Shown here: positions 31,164 to 40,867 of the stretch, in pieces
Layout of the letters: the number at the start of each line of letters is the position of its first letter
How positions within the stretch are numbered: the first letter of the stretch is position 1
Assembly: GCA_963749495.1 (NCBI GenBank)
Contig: CAVVMW010000007.1
Location: 170,570-234,569 of the forward strand
Length of the DNA: 64,000 bases
Reading direction: 5' to 3'
Source: an uncultured bacterium
GTDB lineage: Bacteria; Verrucomicrobiota; Verrucomicrobiia; Limisphaerales; UBA8199
Translations under genes and position numbers: made by a program
Notes under the pieces: model-generated
Seen by the model: the letters and a program-made list of their open reading frames with translations, nothing else
Database searches by the model: none
What the model was told of the DNA's origin: nothing

Positions 31164-31853
31164 ATGTCGAATATTACAGTGCTGCTGGTCGATGACCACA
31201 ATATCGTGCGGCAGGGTGTGCGCGCCCTGCTCACGGCGGAAGGCGACCTGAGGGTTGTGGCGGAGGCGCAGACCGGCCGCGAGGCGGTGCAACTGGCCGC
31301 CCGGCACCGCCCGGAGGTCGTCGTCATGGACCTGGCGATGCCCCAGTTGAACGGCTGCGAGGCCACCCGCCAGATTCTCAAAGTACTGCCGGCTGCCAAG
31401 GTCGTCGTGCTGTCCAGCTACGGCGACAACATGCACGTCCACCAGGCCATCGCGGCCGGCGCCGCCGCCTACCTGCTCAAGCAGACCGCCGCCGGGGACC
31501 TGGTCAAGGCCATTCGCGAGGTCAAGCAGGGCAATGCCTACTTCAGCCCGGCCATTGCCAGCCGGCTGCGCGAGCAGACGTGCAAGGCCCTGGCCAGCGG
31601 CGCCCCCATCCAGGCCTCCGGCGTCCAACTGAGCTCCCGCGAGGTCGAGGTGCTCCAACTCATCGCCGAAGGCTATGCCAACAAACAAATTGCCGCCGAA
31701 CTGGGCTTGAGCGTCAAAACGGTCGAAAAACACCGTCAGGCCGTCATGAACAAGCTCAACATCCACGACATCCCCGGCCTGGTCCGCCACGCCGTCACCA
31801 AGGGCATTATCGAGATGAACCGAGCGGGCGTGCCGCGCAGCGAGGGCCCGTAA
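31164..31853 (+). CDS. NarL/LuxR family response regulator
   Basis: VLLVDDH, VVMDLAMP, LSSREVEVLQLIAEG..NKQIA.EL.LS.KTVEKH. Confidence 0.95.
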   Translation: MSNITVLLVDDHNIVRQGVRALLTAEGDLRVVAEAQTGREAVQLAARHRPEVVVMDLAMPQLNGCEATRQILKVLPAAKVVVLSSYGDNMHVHQAIAAGAAAYLLKQTAAGDLVKAIREVKQGNAYFSPAIASRLREQTCKALASGAPIQASGVQLSSREVEVLQLIAEGYANKQIAAELGLSVKTVEKHRQAVMNKLNIHDIPGLVRHAVTKGIIEMNRAGVPRSEGP

Positions 31854-31882
31854 AGGCTAAGGGCTAAAGGCTAAAGGCTAAA
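31852..31882. repeat. Heptamer repeats (GGCTAAR)x4
   Basis: Directly visible. Confidence 0.8.
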
Positions 31883-32030
31883 GTGCAGAGGCCAAAGCTG
31901 CATGACGCAGCCCAAAGGCTGAGTTGGGACCCGCGGTTCTTTCCCCCACCCGTGCCGGGGTCATCTCCAATTCCCACCTTTATCTCGGGGGCCGCTTTGG
32001 GCTAATCTGGGGGCGTCAGGTTTTTATCCT

Positions 32031-33851
32031 ATGAGACCCTCGATAATTTGGCTCTACACTCTTGTCCTGCTGGCCGGCAGATTCGGGCTGATGGCGCAGG
32101 AGGCGACGCTGCGGGGGACCATCAGGGACGAATCGACGGGCGCGCCGGCTGCCTGCACCGTCACCATTTCCGACGCCAACGGGCGGGTCCTGGTCGAGAA
32201 TGATTCCTTCAAGGCCGGGTTTCGCTGTCCCGGCCAATTCGTCAAGCGCCTGCCGCCCGGGCGGACGCGGATTCGCGTGACCCGCGGGTTCGAGACCCAG
32301 GCACTGAACCGGGACCTGGACCTCGAGGCCGGGCAGGAGACCAACGTGGTGTTTGTCCTCCGGCGCTCGGTCAACCTGCGCCAACGCGGGTGGTACTCCG
32401 GCGACAGCCACGCGCACATGCTGCACGGCGAGAAGACCGTGCCGGTGGACTTCGATTTCATCGCCCTGACCGCCCGGGCCAAGGACCTGCAGTATCTCTC
32501 GGTGGCCCAGGCCTGGGCGCTCCAGTCCCCCACGCCGGAGGCGCTGGAGGCGCAACTGCGGCCGCGCTCGACGCCGGATTGCCTGCTGACGTGGAACCTC
32601 GAGGCGCCCAAGAACTATTACAAGGGCGACGCGGGCCGGTGCCTGGGGCACTGCTGGAACATGGGGATGCGCGGGCGGACCGCCCAGGGCCTGGACGTTG
32701 TCTCGATGTTGCTCGAGGCCAGCGCCTGGGACTACGAGTCGAGCAAGCCAACCTTCGCCAACTTCGAATCCCACAGCCTGATCCATGCCCAGGGCGGCGC
32801 GGTCTTCTATTCCCACCCGGCGCGGTGGTGGACGGGCTCCTGGGGCGGCCAGGGAGGCTACCCCAAGCTCGAGCGGATGCGCATCTCGAACATGGCGGTC
32901 GAACTGCCTTTGGACACGCTCATCGGGCCGACTTACGACGGCCTGGACGTGATCACGACTTCCGGGGAATACGCCGCCAATGCAAAGGCCTTTGAGTTGT
33001 GGGCGCTGCTCCTCAATCATGGGTATCGGCTGGCCGCCACGGCTTCATCGGATGCCTGCTTCGACCGGCCCGGGGGCGGCGTGCCCGGCGTCCCCCGCAC
33101 TTACACTTTCATGCCTGACGGCTTTTCTCTGGCCAAGGCCACGCAGGCCACGGCGGCGGGCAAGACCTTCGCCACAACCGGCCCATTATTGATAGCAACC
33201 CTGGACGGCGCGCCGCCCGGTTGCGCATTGGCGGCCAACAATGCAAAGCGCCTGCTGGCGGTCGAGGCCTGGGCCTCCGGCAGCGCCTCGGGCGGCATCT
33301 CGAGGGTCGAACTGCTGCGCAACGGCCAACCGTTCAGGAAGATGACCTTCGAGGGCCAACCCGGCACGGTCCGGGCCGATTTTGAAGTGCAAGAAAGCGA
33401 GCGCGCCTGGTACTGCGTGCGCGTTCTGGGAACGGATACCCAAAGGCAAGTTGCCCTGAGCGGCGCCTTTTATCTGGACGACAAGCCCTATGAGCCGCCG
33501 CCGCCGGTCCGAGCCCAGGTCCATGCGCAGATCCTGGATGCCCAATCCGGCCAAAGGCTCCCCGGCGCCCTGACCGAGGTCACCTTCGATGGCCCTTGCG
33601 GCCGCGAGGGCGCGCGCCATTTGCTGACAAGCGGCGAGGGGCGAATCTCCGTGCCGGGCACCGTTCGGCTGCGGGCCGAGGCCAAAGGCTACGCACCTCT
33701 CACGCTCAGCCCGTTCCTGGACTGTCCGCAGCTCGTCCAGACCGTCACCGGCATGAACGACACCGAGCTGTTGGATTGGGCGAGCTTCGAGCGCCTTCAA
33801 AGGCAGCTTGGCGACGTGGAGCTGAAGTTTCGCCTGACCAAGGCACAGTGA
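32031..33851 (+). CDS. Secreted PHP-like metallohydrolase (CehA/McbA-like)
   Basis: GWYSGDSHAH, YSHP, LLNHGYRLAATASSD, TFATTGPL; signal peptide. Confidence 0.75.
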   Translation: MRPSIIWLYTLVLLAGRFGLMAQEATLRGTIRDESTGAPAACTVTISDANGRVLVENDSFKAGFRCPGQFVKRLPPGRTRIRVTRGFETQALNRDLDLEAGQETNVVFVLRRSVNLRQRGWYSGDSHAHMLHGEKTVPVDFDFIALTARAKDLQYLSVAQAWALQSPTPEALEAQLRPRSTPDCLLTWNLEAPKNYYKGDAGRCLGHCWNMGMRGRTAQGLDVVSMLLEASAWDYESSKPTFANFESHSLIHAQGGAVFYSHPARWWTGSWGGQGGYPKLERMRISNMAVELPLDTLIGPTYDGLDVITTSGEYAANAKAFELWALLLNHGYRLAATASSDACFDRPGGGVPGVPRTYTFMPDGFSLAKATQATAAGKTFATTGPLLIATLDGAPPGCALAANNAKRLLAVEAWASGSASGGISRVELLRNGQPFRKMTFEGQPGTVRADFEVQESERAWYCVRVLGTDTQRQVALSGAFYLDDKPYEPPPPVRAQVHAQILDAQSGQRLPGALTEVTFDGPCGREGARHLLTSGEGRISVPGTVRLRAEAKGYAPLTLSPFLDCPQLVQTVTGMNDTELLDWASFERLQRQLGDVELKFRLTKAQ

Positions 33852-33906
33852 AGGCAGGGGCTCGAGTAACCCATCAGGGAAGGCGGTGACGGCGTGCCCG
33901 GCGGAC

Positions 33907-34051
33907 CCCTCACCCCGGCCCTCTCCCCTTCCGAAGGGGAGAGGGGGAATTCTTGGCAGCGGTTTGATGAAGTGGAGGCGCCTCGAAGGGTCAGAGACTG
34001 CCGACGCTTCTCCCTCTCCCCTTCGGAAGGGGAGAGGGCCGGGGTGAGGGG
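33907..34051. repeat. REP-like pair CCCTCACCCCGGCCCTCTCCCC...GGGGAGAGGGCCGGGGTGAGGG
   Basis: Inverted pair between convergent genes; half copy at 37949-37988. Confidence 0.85.
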
Positions 34052-34064
34052 TCGCCCTGCGGGC

Positions 34065-35165
34065 TCATCGCTGCACGCGGGCGCCGGCGCCTTGGATGAG
34101 CGCCTCAACTTCCTTGAGTGAGGCCATCGAGGTGTCTCCGGGCGTGGTCATGGCCAGGGCGCCGTGGGCGGCGCCATACAGGACCGCCTTGCGGGGGTCG
34201 TTGAATTTGAGAAGACCGTAAATCAAGCCGCTGGCGAAGCTGTCGCCGCCGCCGACGCGATCGAGGATTTCCAGGTCCAGGCGGTTGGGGGCCTCGTAGA
34301 ACTGGCCGCCGGCCCAGCAGACGGCGCCCCAGTCATTGCGCGTGGCAGACTTGACCACGCGCAGCGTCGTGGCGACAACCTTGAGATTCGGGTAGGCGGC
34401 CAGCGCCTTGCCGATCATCTTCTTGAAGGCGCTGACATCGATGGCCGAGATGCGCTCGTCAACTCCCTCGACCTCCAGACCGAGGCAGGCGGTGAAATCC
34501 TCTTCGTTGCCGAGCAGGACATCGACGTGGCTGGCTATCTGGCGGTTGACCTCCTGGGCGCGCCGCGGGCCGCCGATGCTCTTCCACAACGAGGGGCGGT
34601 AGTTCAGGTCGTAGGAGACGATGGCCCCGTGCCTGCGGGCGGCCTCGATGGCCTCCAGGACCAGCCCGGGAGTCGTCTCGCTCAGGGCGGCGAAGATGCC
34701 GCCCGTGTGCAACCAGCGCGCGCCCTGGCGGCCGAAGATGCTCTCCCAGTCGAAATCGCCCGCCTTGAGCTGGCTGGCCGCGCTGTGGCCGCGGTCGGCA
34801 ATCCCCACCGCCCCGCGGATGCCGAAACCCCGTTCGGTGAAATTGAGCCCGTTGCGCGCCGTCCGGCCGACGCCATCGTAGGGGACCCACTTCACAAATT
34901 GGGTCTCCACGCCCCCTTGCAGGATGCAGTCCTCGAGCAACCGTCCAATGTCGTTGTCCGCGAAGGCCGTGCAGACCGCCGTCCTCAGGCCGAAACAGCG
35001 GCGCAGCCCGCGCGCCACGTTGTACTCGCCTCCGCCTTCCCAGACGTTGAAATGGCGCGCGGTGCGCACGCGCCCTTCGCCCGGGTCCAGCCGCAGCATG
35101 ATCTCGCCCAGCGCCACCAGGTCATAGCGGCACGCCCCGGCGGCTTTGATGTCGAGGATGCTCAT
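34065..35165 (-). CDS. kdgK: PfkB-family sugar kinase (2-keto-3-deoxygluconate kinase-like)
   Basis: LGEIMLRLDP, GGGEYNVA, SYDLNYRPSLW, GNEED, DRVGGGDSFASG. Confidence 0.88.
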   Translation of the reverse strand: MSILDIKAAGACRYDLVALGEIMLRLDPGEGRVRTARHFNVWEGGGEYNVARGLRRCFGLRTAVCTAFADNDIGRLLEDCILQGGVETQFVKWVPYDGVGRTARNGLNFTERGFGIRGAVGIADRGHSAASQLKAGDFDWESIFGRQGARWLHTGGIFAALSETTPGLVLEAIEAARRHGAIVSYDLNYRPSLWKSIGGPRRAQEVNRQIASHVDVLLGNEEDFTACLGLEVEGVDERISAIDVSAFKKMIGKALAAYPNLKVVATTLRVVKSATRNDWGAVCWAGGQFYEAPNRLDLEILDRVGGGDSFASGLIYGLLKFNDPRKAVLYGAAHGALAMTTPGDTSMASLKEVEALIQGAGARVQR

Positions 35166-35188
35166 AAATGGTCTGGCCAATTCAACTA

Positions 35189-35445
35189 ATCCCGAAGGGA
35201 TACAATCACTCAGCCCAGGGTTGCGCGGCACGCGCTACCCTGGGACCCAGTCCACCAAACGTTGAAACCCTGAAAGGGTTTCATCCACAGCGCGCAACCG
35301 GTCTGGATCCCGCATGTATCGCTCGTCGGAGGCGGCACACCCGAGCGCGATATAACCCTTTCAGGGTAATCGGTCACGGGCGGCGTAACCCAGGGTAGCG
35401 CGTGCCGCGCAACCCTGGGCTGAATGAATACCATCCCTTCGGGAT
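35189..35445. repeat. Nested palindromic REP-like element
   Basis: ATCCCGAAGGGAT ends; CAGCCCAGGGTTGCGCGGCACGCGCTACCCTGGG and its reverse complement; inner ACCCTGAAAGGGT pair. Confidence 0.85.
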
Positions 35446-35939
35446 GGAGGTCACGGACTATTCTGACCTCTTCTCCAGGCTTGGCAGGAGAGCGGTTCTG
35501 GTTAGAATCCCCGGATATGAAAAGATCTCTGGGTGCGAAGACCCTCGTGTATCCGGCGCCGGTGCTGGTGGTGGGCAGTTATGACAAGGCGGGCAAGGCG
35601 AACATGACGACGGTCTCGTGGGGAGGCATCTGCTGTTCGCAGCCGCCCTGCGTTGCCGTGTCGCTGCGGCAGGCCACCTACTCGTATAGGAACCTGCTCG
35701 AGCGGAAGGCCTTCACCCTCAGCATCCCCTCGGAGGATTACGTCTCGCAGACCGATTACTTCGGACTGGTCTCGGGGCGGACGACGGACAAGCTGGCGGC
35801 GACCAAGTTGACTGCCGTGCGCAGCAAGCTGGTGGATGCGCCCTGGGTGCGCGACAAAAAAGTAACCAAAATTTGAGCAGGCCCGCCTGCTGATTGATTT
35901 TTGTTGCTATATTGTATCTAGTTAGATACAATACGCACC

Positions 35940-36326
35940 ATGACCGCTTCGCTTTCTCAGCTCGAAGACCGGCGCGAGCAGATCCTTGAACAGATCAAGG
36001 CTATCAACCGGTTGCGCCGCGGCTCCTTAAGCCGCCAATTCTTCAAGAAACCCCGCGCTGGCTCCAAAGCCCCCCAGGGCCCTTACTACGTGCTCCAAGC
36101 CTACTTCCATGGGCAGAAGTTCGCCGAGCGCATCCCGGCCGATCAGGCCCCCCAAATCGAACCCCTCGTCGCCAATTACAGACGCTTTAGCGAACTGGCC
36201 GAGGAGTTTGTCACCGTCACCGACCAAATCACCCGCCTGAGTCAAGCCGCCCCCGACGCAAAAAAAAACTCCAGACCGAAGTCGGGCAGGAGCGATTCCG
36301 GGAAGCCAACGCCTTCATCCGGTTAG
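35940..36326 (+). CDS. IS OrfA (DUF6788-like N-terminal part)
   Basis: LRRGSLSRQF...GPYY; contains the A9C slippery run at 36260-36269. Confidence 0.8.
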   Translation: MTASLSQLEDRREQILEQIKAINRLRRGSLSRQFFKKPRAGSKAPQGPYYVLQAYFHGQKFAERIPADQAPQIEPLVANYRRFSELAEEFVTVTDQITRLSQAAPDAKKNSRPKSGRSDSGKPTPSSG

Positions 36327-36352
36327 TCCAAGGGCAGTGGCAACAGCAGGGA

Positions 36353-37642
36353 GTGCGCAATCTCGAGGCGGTGGAAATTGGCCTGCGCGAGGCGCTCTTC
36401 CGCGATGCCTGTGGGATTCTGGGGGATTTGCTCAACGACCCGGCGCTGCCGGTGCCCGAGGATCAGGGCCGCCCAGGCGAAAGGTGCCACGCCGGCCGGC
36501 CCAAGGAGCCGCTGACCCTCTTCGGGCTAGTGGCCCTACGGCGCAACTATTACTATTGGGCGAGCCGGGAGCAAGGCCGTGCCCCGCTGGACCAGGCGCT
36601 GGGTCTGTGGGCAGGCTATTCGCCCGGGGTGCTGCGGATCATTTGCCGCGCGGCCGCGCGCCATCCCTTCGACGTGGCGGCGGCCGAGCTCAAAGCCTAT
36701 TGCGGGCTGCAGGTCGAAGGCCGCCAGATTCAGCGCATCGCTCAGGAAATGGGACCGCGGGTGCGGGCGGTCCAAGAACAATTGCCTCCCTTCAAGCATG
36801 ACTCGGGCCTGATTCCCGTCATGTATATCGCCGTCGATGGCACCGGGGTTCCCATGCGGCCCGAGGAATTGGAAGGCCGTGCCGGCAAGCAACCCGATGG
36901 CTCAGCCAAGACCCGAGAGGTCAAGTTGGCTTGTGTGTTTACCCAAACCACCCTTGATGAGGAGGGATTGCCGTTGCGGGACTTTGAGTCCTCCAGCTAC
37001 GTGGCAGGCTTTGAAGAGGCACCCGATTTCATGGTGCGGGCACGCCAGGAGGCCCTCCGCCGCCGTCTGCCGGCAGCGCAGGTGTCGGTGCTGCTGGGCG
37101 ACGGGGCTGCCTGGATTTGGGACCACGGGGCGAAGTGCTTCCCGATGGCCTTCCAAATTCTGGACTTGTATCACGCCCTGGAACATCTCTCCGACCTGAC
37201 GAAATTGCTCGAACCGGACCCTGCCGCCGCCCAGGCCCTGTGGCGAACTTGGCGCGAGCAGTTCTTGGCCGACGACGTGGAGGAAGTCCTGCGTCAAGCC
37301 CGGGAAAGGACGGGCAAACTGGCCGCTCAGACTGCTGAATCAGCAGGCAAGCAGATCGCATACTTCGAGCACAACCAGAGCCGTATGCTCTACGCCACCT
37401 ACCGCGCTTTGGGATTTTTCTACGGCTCGGGGGTGGTCGAAGCCGGCTGCAAAACGGTTATCGGCGGACGCTGCAAGTGCTCCGGCATGCTTTGGTCAGA
37501 AGAGGGAGCTACCCACGTCCTGGATTTGCGCTGCGCTCTGTATGGCAACCAATTCGACCAAGTCTGGGATCGCTTAAACCAAAGCGATTACCTGCGAATT
37601 CGCGTCGCCAACCCCCCGGCTCAAGCCGAGGAAGCTGCGTAA
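36353..37642 (+). CDS. ISKra4 DDE transposase OrfB
   Basis: YIAVDGTGVPM, TREVKL, LGDGAAWIW, ILDLYHALEHL, GSGVVEAGCK. Confidence 0.92.
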   Translation: MRNLEAVEIGLREALFRDACGILGDLLNDPALPVPEDQGRPGERCHAGRPKEPLTLFGLVALRRNYYYWASREQGRAPLDQALGLWAGYSPGVLRIICRAAARHPFDVAAAELKAYCGLQVEGRQIQRIAQEMGPRVRAVQEQLPPFKHDSGLIPVMYIAVDGTGVPMRPEELEGRAGKQPDGSAKTREVKLACVFTQTTLDEEGLPLRDFESSSYVAGFEEAPDFMVRARQEALRRRLPAAQVSVLLGDGAAWIWDHGAKCFPMAFQILDLYHALEHLSDLTKLLEPDPAAAQALWRTWREQFLADDVEEVLRQARERTGKLAAQTAESAGKQIAYFEHNQSRMLYATYRALGFFYGSGVVEAGCKTVIGGRCKCSGMLWSEEGATHVLDLRCALYGNQFDQVWDRLNQSDYLRIRVANPPAQAEEAA

Positions 37643-37920
37643 TGGCACCTAATTGTTACTATTTTGTCCGGCTCCCATGCGCCCTACATTAAGGAGTTCC
37701 CGCTGGTGCTGGAGTGCAAGGTGGTGGATATTGCCGAGATCGGGCTTCACACACAGTTCGTGGGCGAGGTGATGGATGTCAAGGCCGAGGACAGCGTGCT
37801 GGGCGCTGACGGGGCCATCGATATCAAGAAGCTCAGGCCGTTGGTGTTCACGCCGGACACGCAGGAGTACTTCGGCATCGGGAGTTTCGTTGCCAAGGTC
37901 TTCTCGGCCGGCAAGCGCAT

Positions 37921-40185
37921 TTGAGAGATTGCAGACCAGTGCACAGACCCCTCACCCCGACCCTCTCCCCTTCCAAAGGGGAGAGGGAGCCGCCGGAGAG
38001 CCTGGCCGGGCTCATCGAGCGAGTCACATTCTACAACCCGGAGAACGGTTTCGCCGTTCTCAAGGTCAAGGCCAAGGGGCACCGCGACGAGGTGACCGTC
38101 GTGGGGTCGCTCCCGTCGGTCAACGCGGGTGAATGGCTCACGGCACAGGGCCGCTGGGTACAGGACCGGGAGTTCGGCCTGCAGTTCCGCGCCGAACTGC
38201 TCACCAGCACTGCGCCCACCACCCGCGAGGGGATCGAGAAATACCTGGGCAGCGGCCTGGTCAAAGGCATCGGGCCGGTCTGCGCTCAGAAACTGGTCGG
38301 GAAATTCGGCGAGAACATCTTTGACATCATCGAGAATCACTCGGTGCGGTTGGAGGAGGTCGAGGGGATAGGCCCCAAGCGCCGGCAGCAGATCAAGGCC
38401 GCCTGGGCGGAGCAGAAGATCATTCGCGACATCATGGTCTTCCTTCATTCTCATGGGGTGAGCACCAGCCGGGCCGTCCGCATTTACAAGACCTACGGCC
38501 AGAACGCCATCCAGGAGGTCCGGGCCAATCCCTACACCCTGGCCCGGGACATCCCCGGCATCGGCTTCAAGACCGCCGATCAGATTGCTCAAAAGCTTGG
38601 CATCCCGCACGACTCCATCTTGCGGGCTTGCGCCGGCCTGGAGCAGGTGCTCCTGGAGGCCTCCAGCCAGGGGCACTGCGCCCTGCCGTTGGATACGCTC
38701 AAAGACCAGGCCGGCAAGCTCCTCCAGGTGAGTCCGCCGGTCATCGAGGCGGCCTTGAATCGCGCCCAGGCCGACCGGTTGCTGGAACGGGAGGCCATTG
38801 GGGGCCAGGAATTGGCATTTCTGCCCGCGCTCAAGCGGGCGGAGGAGAAGATAGCCGAGCGGATAGCCAAGCTCTGCTCCGGCCCGGCGGGCCTCCCCCC
38901 GGTGGATTTTGAGAAGGCCCTCGAGTGGTGCCAGCGCAAGACCGGCAAGGAATTGGCCCCCAGCCAGCGCCAGGCCCTGCGCCAGGCCCTGTCCACCCGG
39001 CTGCTCATCCTGACCGGCGGCCCCGGCGTGGGCAAGACGACGCTGGTCAACGCCATCCTGCTCATCCTGCGCGCCAAGAAGGTGCGCTGCCTCCTGTGCG
39101 CCCCAACCGGCCGCGCCGCCAAGCGGCTCTCCCAGACCACCGGCCTGGCGGCCAAGACCATCCATCGCCTCCTGGAAGTCCAGCCCGGCCAGGGCGGTTT
39201 CCTCCACAACGAGACCCATCCCTTGCTCTGCGACCTGCTGGTCGTCGATGAGACCTCGATGGTGGACGTTCCCCTCATGAGCGCCTTGCTGCGCGCACTG
39301 CCACCCAACGCCAGCCTCCTGCTCGTGGGCAACGTCAACCAGTTGCCCTCCGTGGGCCCGGGCATGGTCCTGCGCCAGCTCATCGACAGCGCCGTGGCGC
39401 CCGTCGTGCGGCTCACCGAGATCTTCCGCCAAGCCGCCAACAGCCGCATCATCACCAATGCCCACCGCATCAACCGGGGCCTCATGCCCGAACTGCCCGG
39501 CGCGCAGGGCGACTCCGACTTTTTCTTCATTGAGCGCGAGCAGCCCGAGCGCATTGCCCAAACGGTGATCAACCTGGCCAAGCGCCGCATCCCCGCCAAA
39601 TTCAACCTCGACCCCATCCGCGACATCCAGGTCCTCTCCCCCATGAACCGCGGTTCCCTGGGCACCCGCGAACTCAACGCCCGCCTCCAGGCCGAACTGA
39701 ACCCGCCCCGGCCCGACGAACCGTTCATCGAGAGATTCGGCTCCAAGTTCCATCCCCGCGACAAGGTCATCCAGACCCAAAATGATTATGCCAAGGAGGT
39801 GTTCAACGGCGACATCGGCCAGATCGTCCGCATCGATCCCCTGGAACGCGCGGTCATCGTCCGGTTCGACCAGCGCGAGGTCGCCTACGACTTCGGGGAA
39901 CTGGACGAGGTCTCGCTGGCCTATGCCATCACCATCCACAAGGCGCAGGGCTCGGAATTCCCGGCGGTGGTGATCCCGCTGGCCACGCAGCACTTCCTGC
40001 TCCTGCAACGCAACCTGGTCTATACCGCCGTCACCCGCGGCAAGCGCCTGGTCGTCCTGGTCGGCCAGCCAAAGGCCCTGGCCATGGCCATCCGCAACCA
40101 CCGCACCGAATACCGCTGGTCCGGACTGGCAGCCAGGCTGGCCCCCCGCCAAGGGTGGAATCCGGGGATTGAGGCAGAAAAATAG
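37921..40185 (+). CDS. recD2: ATP-dependent RecD-like DNA helicase (RecD2)
   Basis: YLGSGLVKGIGP, TGGPGVGKTT, APTGRAAKR, VVDETSM, LAYAITIHKAQGSEF, YTAVTRGK; motif III reads GNVNQLP. Confidence 0.93.
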   Translation: MRDCRPVHRPLTPTLSPSKGEREPPESLAGLIERVTFYNPENGFAVLKVKAKGHRDEVTVVGSLPSVNAGEWLTAQGRWVQDREFGLQFRAELLTSTAPTTREGIEKYLGSGLVKGIGPVCAQKLVGKFGENIFDIIENHSVRLEEVEGIGPKRRQQIKAAWAEQKIIRDIMVFLHSHGVSTSRAVRIYKTYGQNAIQEVRANPYTLARDIPGIGFKTADQIAQKLGIPHDSILRACAGLEQVLLEASSQGHCALPLDTLKDQAGKLLQVSPPVIEAALNRAQADRLLEREAIGGQELAFLPALKRAEEKIAERIAKLCSGPAGLPPVDFEKALEWCQRKTGKELAPSQRQALRQALSTRLLILTGGPGVGKTTLVNAILLILRAKKVRCLLCAPTGRAAKRLSQTTGLAAKTIHRLLEVQPGQGGFLHNETHPLLCDLLVVDETSMVDVPLMSALLRALPPNASLLLVGNVNQLPSVGPGMVLRQLIDSAVAPVVRLTEIFRQAANSRIITNAHRINRGLMPELPGAQGDSDFFFIEREQPERIAQTVINLAKRRIPAKFNLDPIRDIQVLSPMNRGSLGTRELNARLQAELNPPRPDEPFIERFGSKFHPRDKVIQTQNDYAKEVFNGDIGQIVRIDPLERAVIVRFDQREVAYDFGELDEVSLAYAITIHKAQGSEFPAVVIPLATQHFLLLQRNLVYTAVTRGKRLVVLVGQPKALAMAIRNHRTEYRWSGLAARLAPRQGWNPGIEAEK

Positions 40186-40246
40186 GGGCAGAAAAATGAA
40201 GGCAAGAACAGATGCCTCTTCATCTTTCTGCCCCCATTTTTCTGCC
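40173..40246. repeat. Inverted GGCAGAAAAAT / ATTTTTCTGCC repeats
   Basis: Directly visible; contains the recD2 stop codon. Confidence 0.75.
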
Positions 40247-40279
40247 AACTCACTTTTCTGCCATCTCCGGATTTCGGCA

Positions 40280-40600
40280 CTACTGCTGCTCGGGCGGGGT
40301 CTTGGCCAGCGCGGCCTGGACCTCTTCGATCAGTTCCTTGATGCGCACGGCGTCGGACTTTCGGTGGCCGTGGCTGGTCATCGGGTCGGTTCCGCCCGAA
40401 GACTCGATGAGGATCTCAGACCAGATCAGGCCGGTCTTGATATGGACGGAGGCGACTTTGCTGATGCTGATGCTCATTTCATCCTGGCTGAACCAGGAGC
40501 GTTTACGCCGAGTGACCGACTTGTCGCTCACTTCGATGCGGGTGGGGAAGAGGAAATTGCCTCGGGTCAAACGGCTGGCGCAAAAGACTTCGGTTGGCAT
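40280..40600 (-). CDS. Small bacterial PH-domain-like protein
   Basis: SISISKVASVHIKTGLIWSEILIESSGG pattern. Confidence 0.65.
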   Translation of the reverse strand: MPTEVFCASRLTRGNFLFPTRIEVSDKSVTRRKRSWFSQDEMSISISKVASVHIKTGLIWSEILIESSGGTDPMTSHGHRKSDAVRIKELIEEVQAALAKTPPEQQ

Positions 40601-40757
40601 AACATTGAATTCCGGACCCAGGGAAGCGGCTGGCAGACAGCCTTGCCGGCTCCCCGCGCCCGTTTGCAGGTTGCCCTTGAATACCCCGCCGGGCAGCCCA
40701 GGTCAAGCCCAGGTTGACTCTGCCGGGACTTGCTCTCATCTTGTGGAAACGAATCCC

Positions 40758-40835
40758 ATGAAAATTGAATTCGATGCTCCACTGGTTCCCACCGGCCCCA
40801 AGGGGGCGTGGTGCCATCTGCATTTCCCGCTCGAC
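40758..40835 (+). pseudogene. N-terminal remnant of a DUF1905-like protein ending at heptamer repeats
   Basis: MKIEFDAPLVPTGPKGAWCHLHFP followed by (CCGCAYT)x4 at about 40836-40865. Confidence 0.45.
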
Positions 40836-40867
40836 TCCGCACTCCGCATTCCGCATTCCGCATTCAA

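Larger units (their letters stand above)
35845..37676 (+). mobile_element. ISKra4-family insertion sequence (1832 bp)
   Basis: Imperfect TIRs GGGTGCGCGACAAAAAAGTAAC / GGGAGCCGGACAAAATAGTAAC (18/22); 9-bp TSD ATGCGCCCT at 35836-35844 and 37677-37685. Confidence 0.92.
35517..37924 (+). pseudogene. Flavin reductase-like (flavoredoxin) gene interrupted by an IS
   Basis: Removing the IS and one TSD restores ...KLVDAPYIKEFPLVLECKV...HTQFVGEV. Confidence 0.92.

Noticed and set aside
37747..40248. Long antisense ORFs (833 aa here; also 350-1615, 3876-5393, 9014-10471, 58418-60541 and others)
   Set aside because: Shadow frames of GC-rich genes on the opposite strand, with no recognisable motifs.
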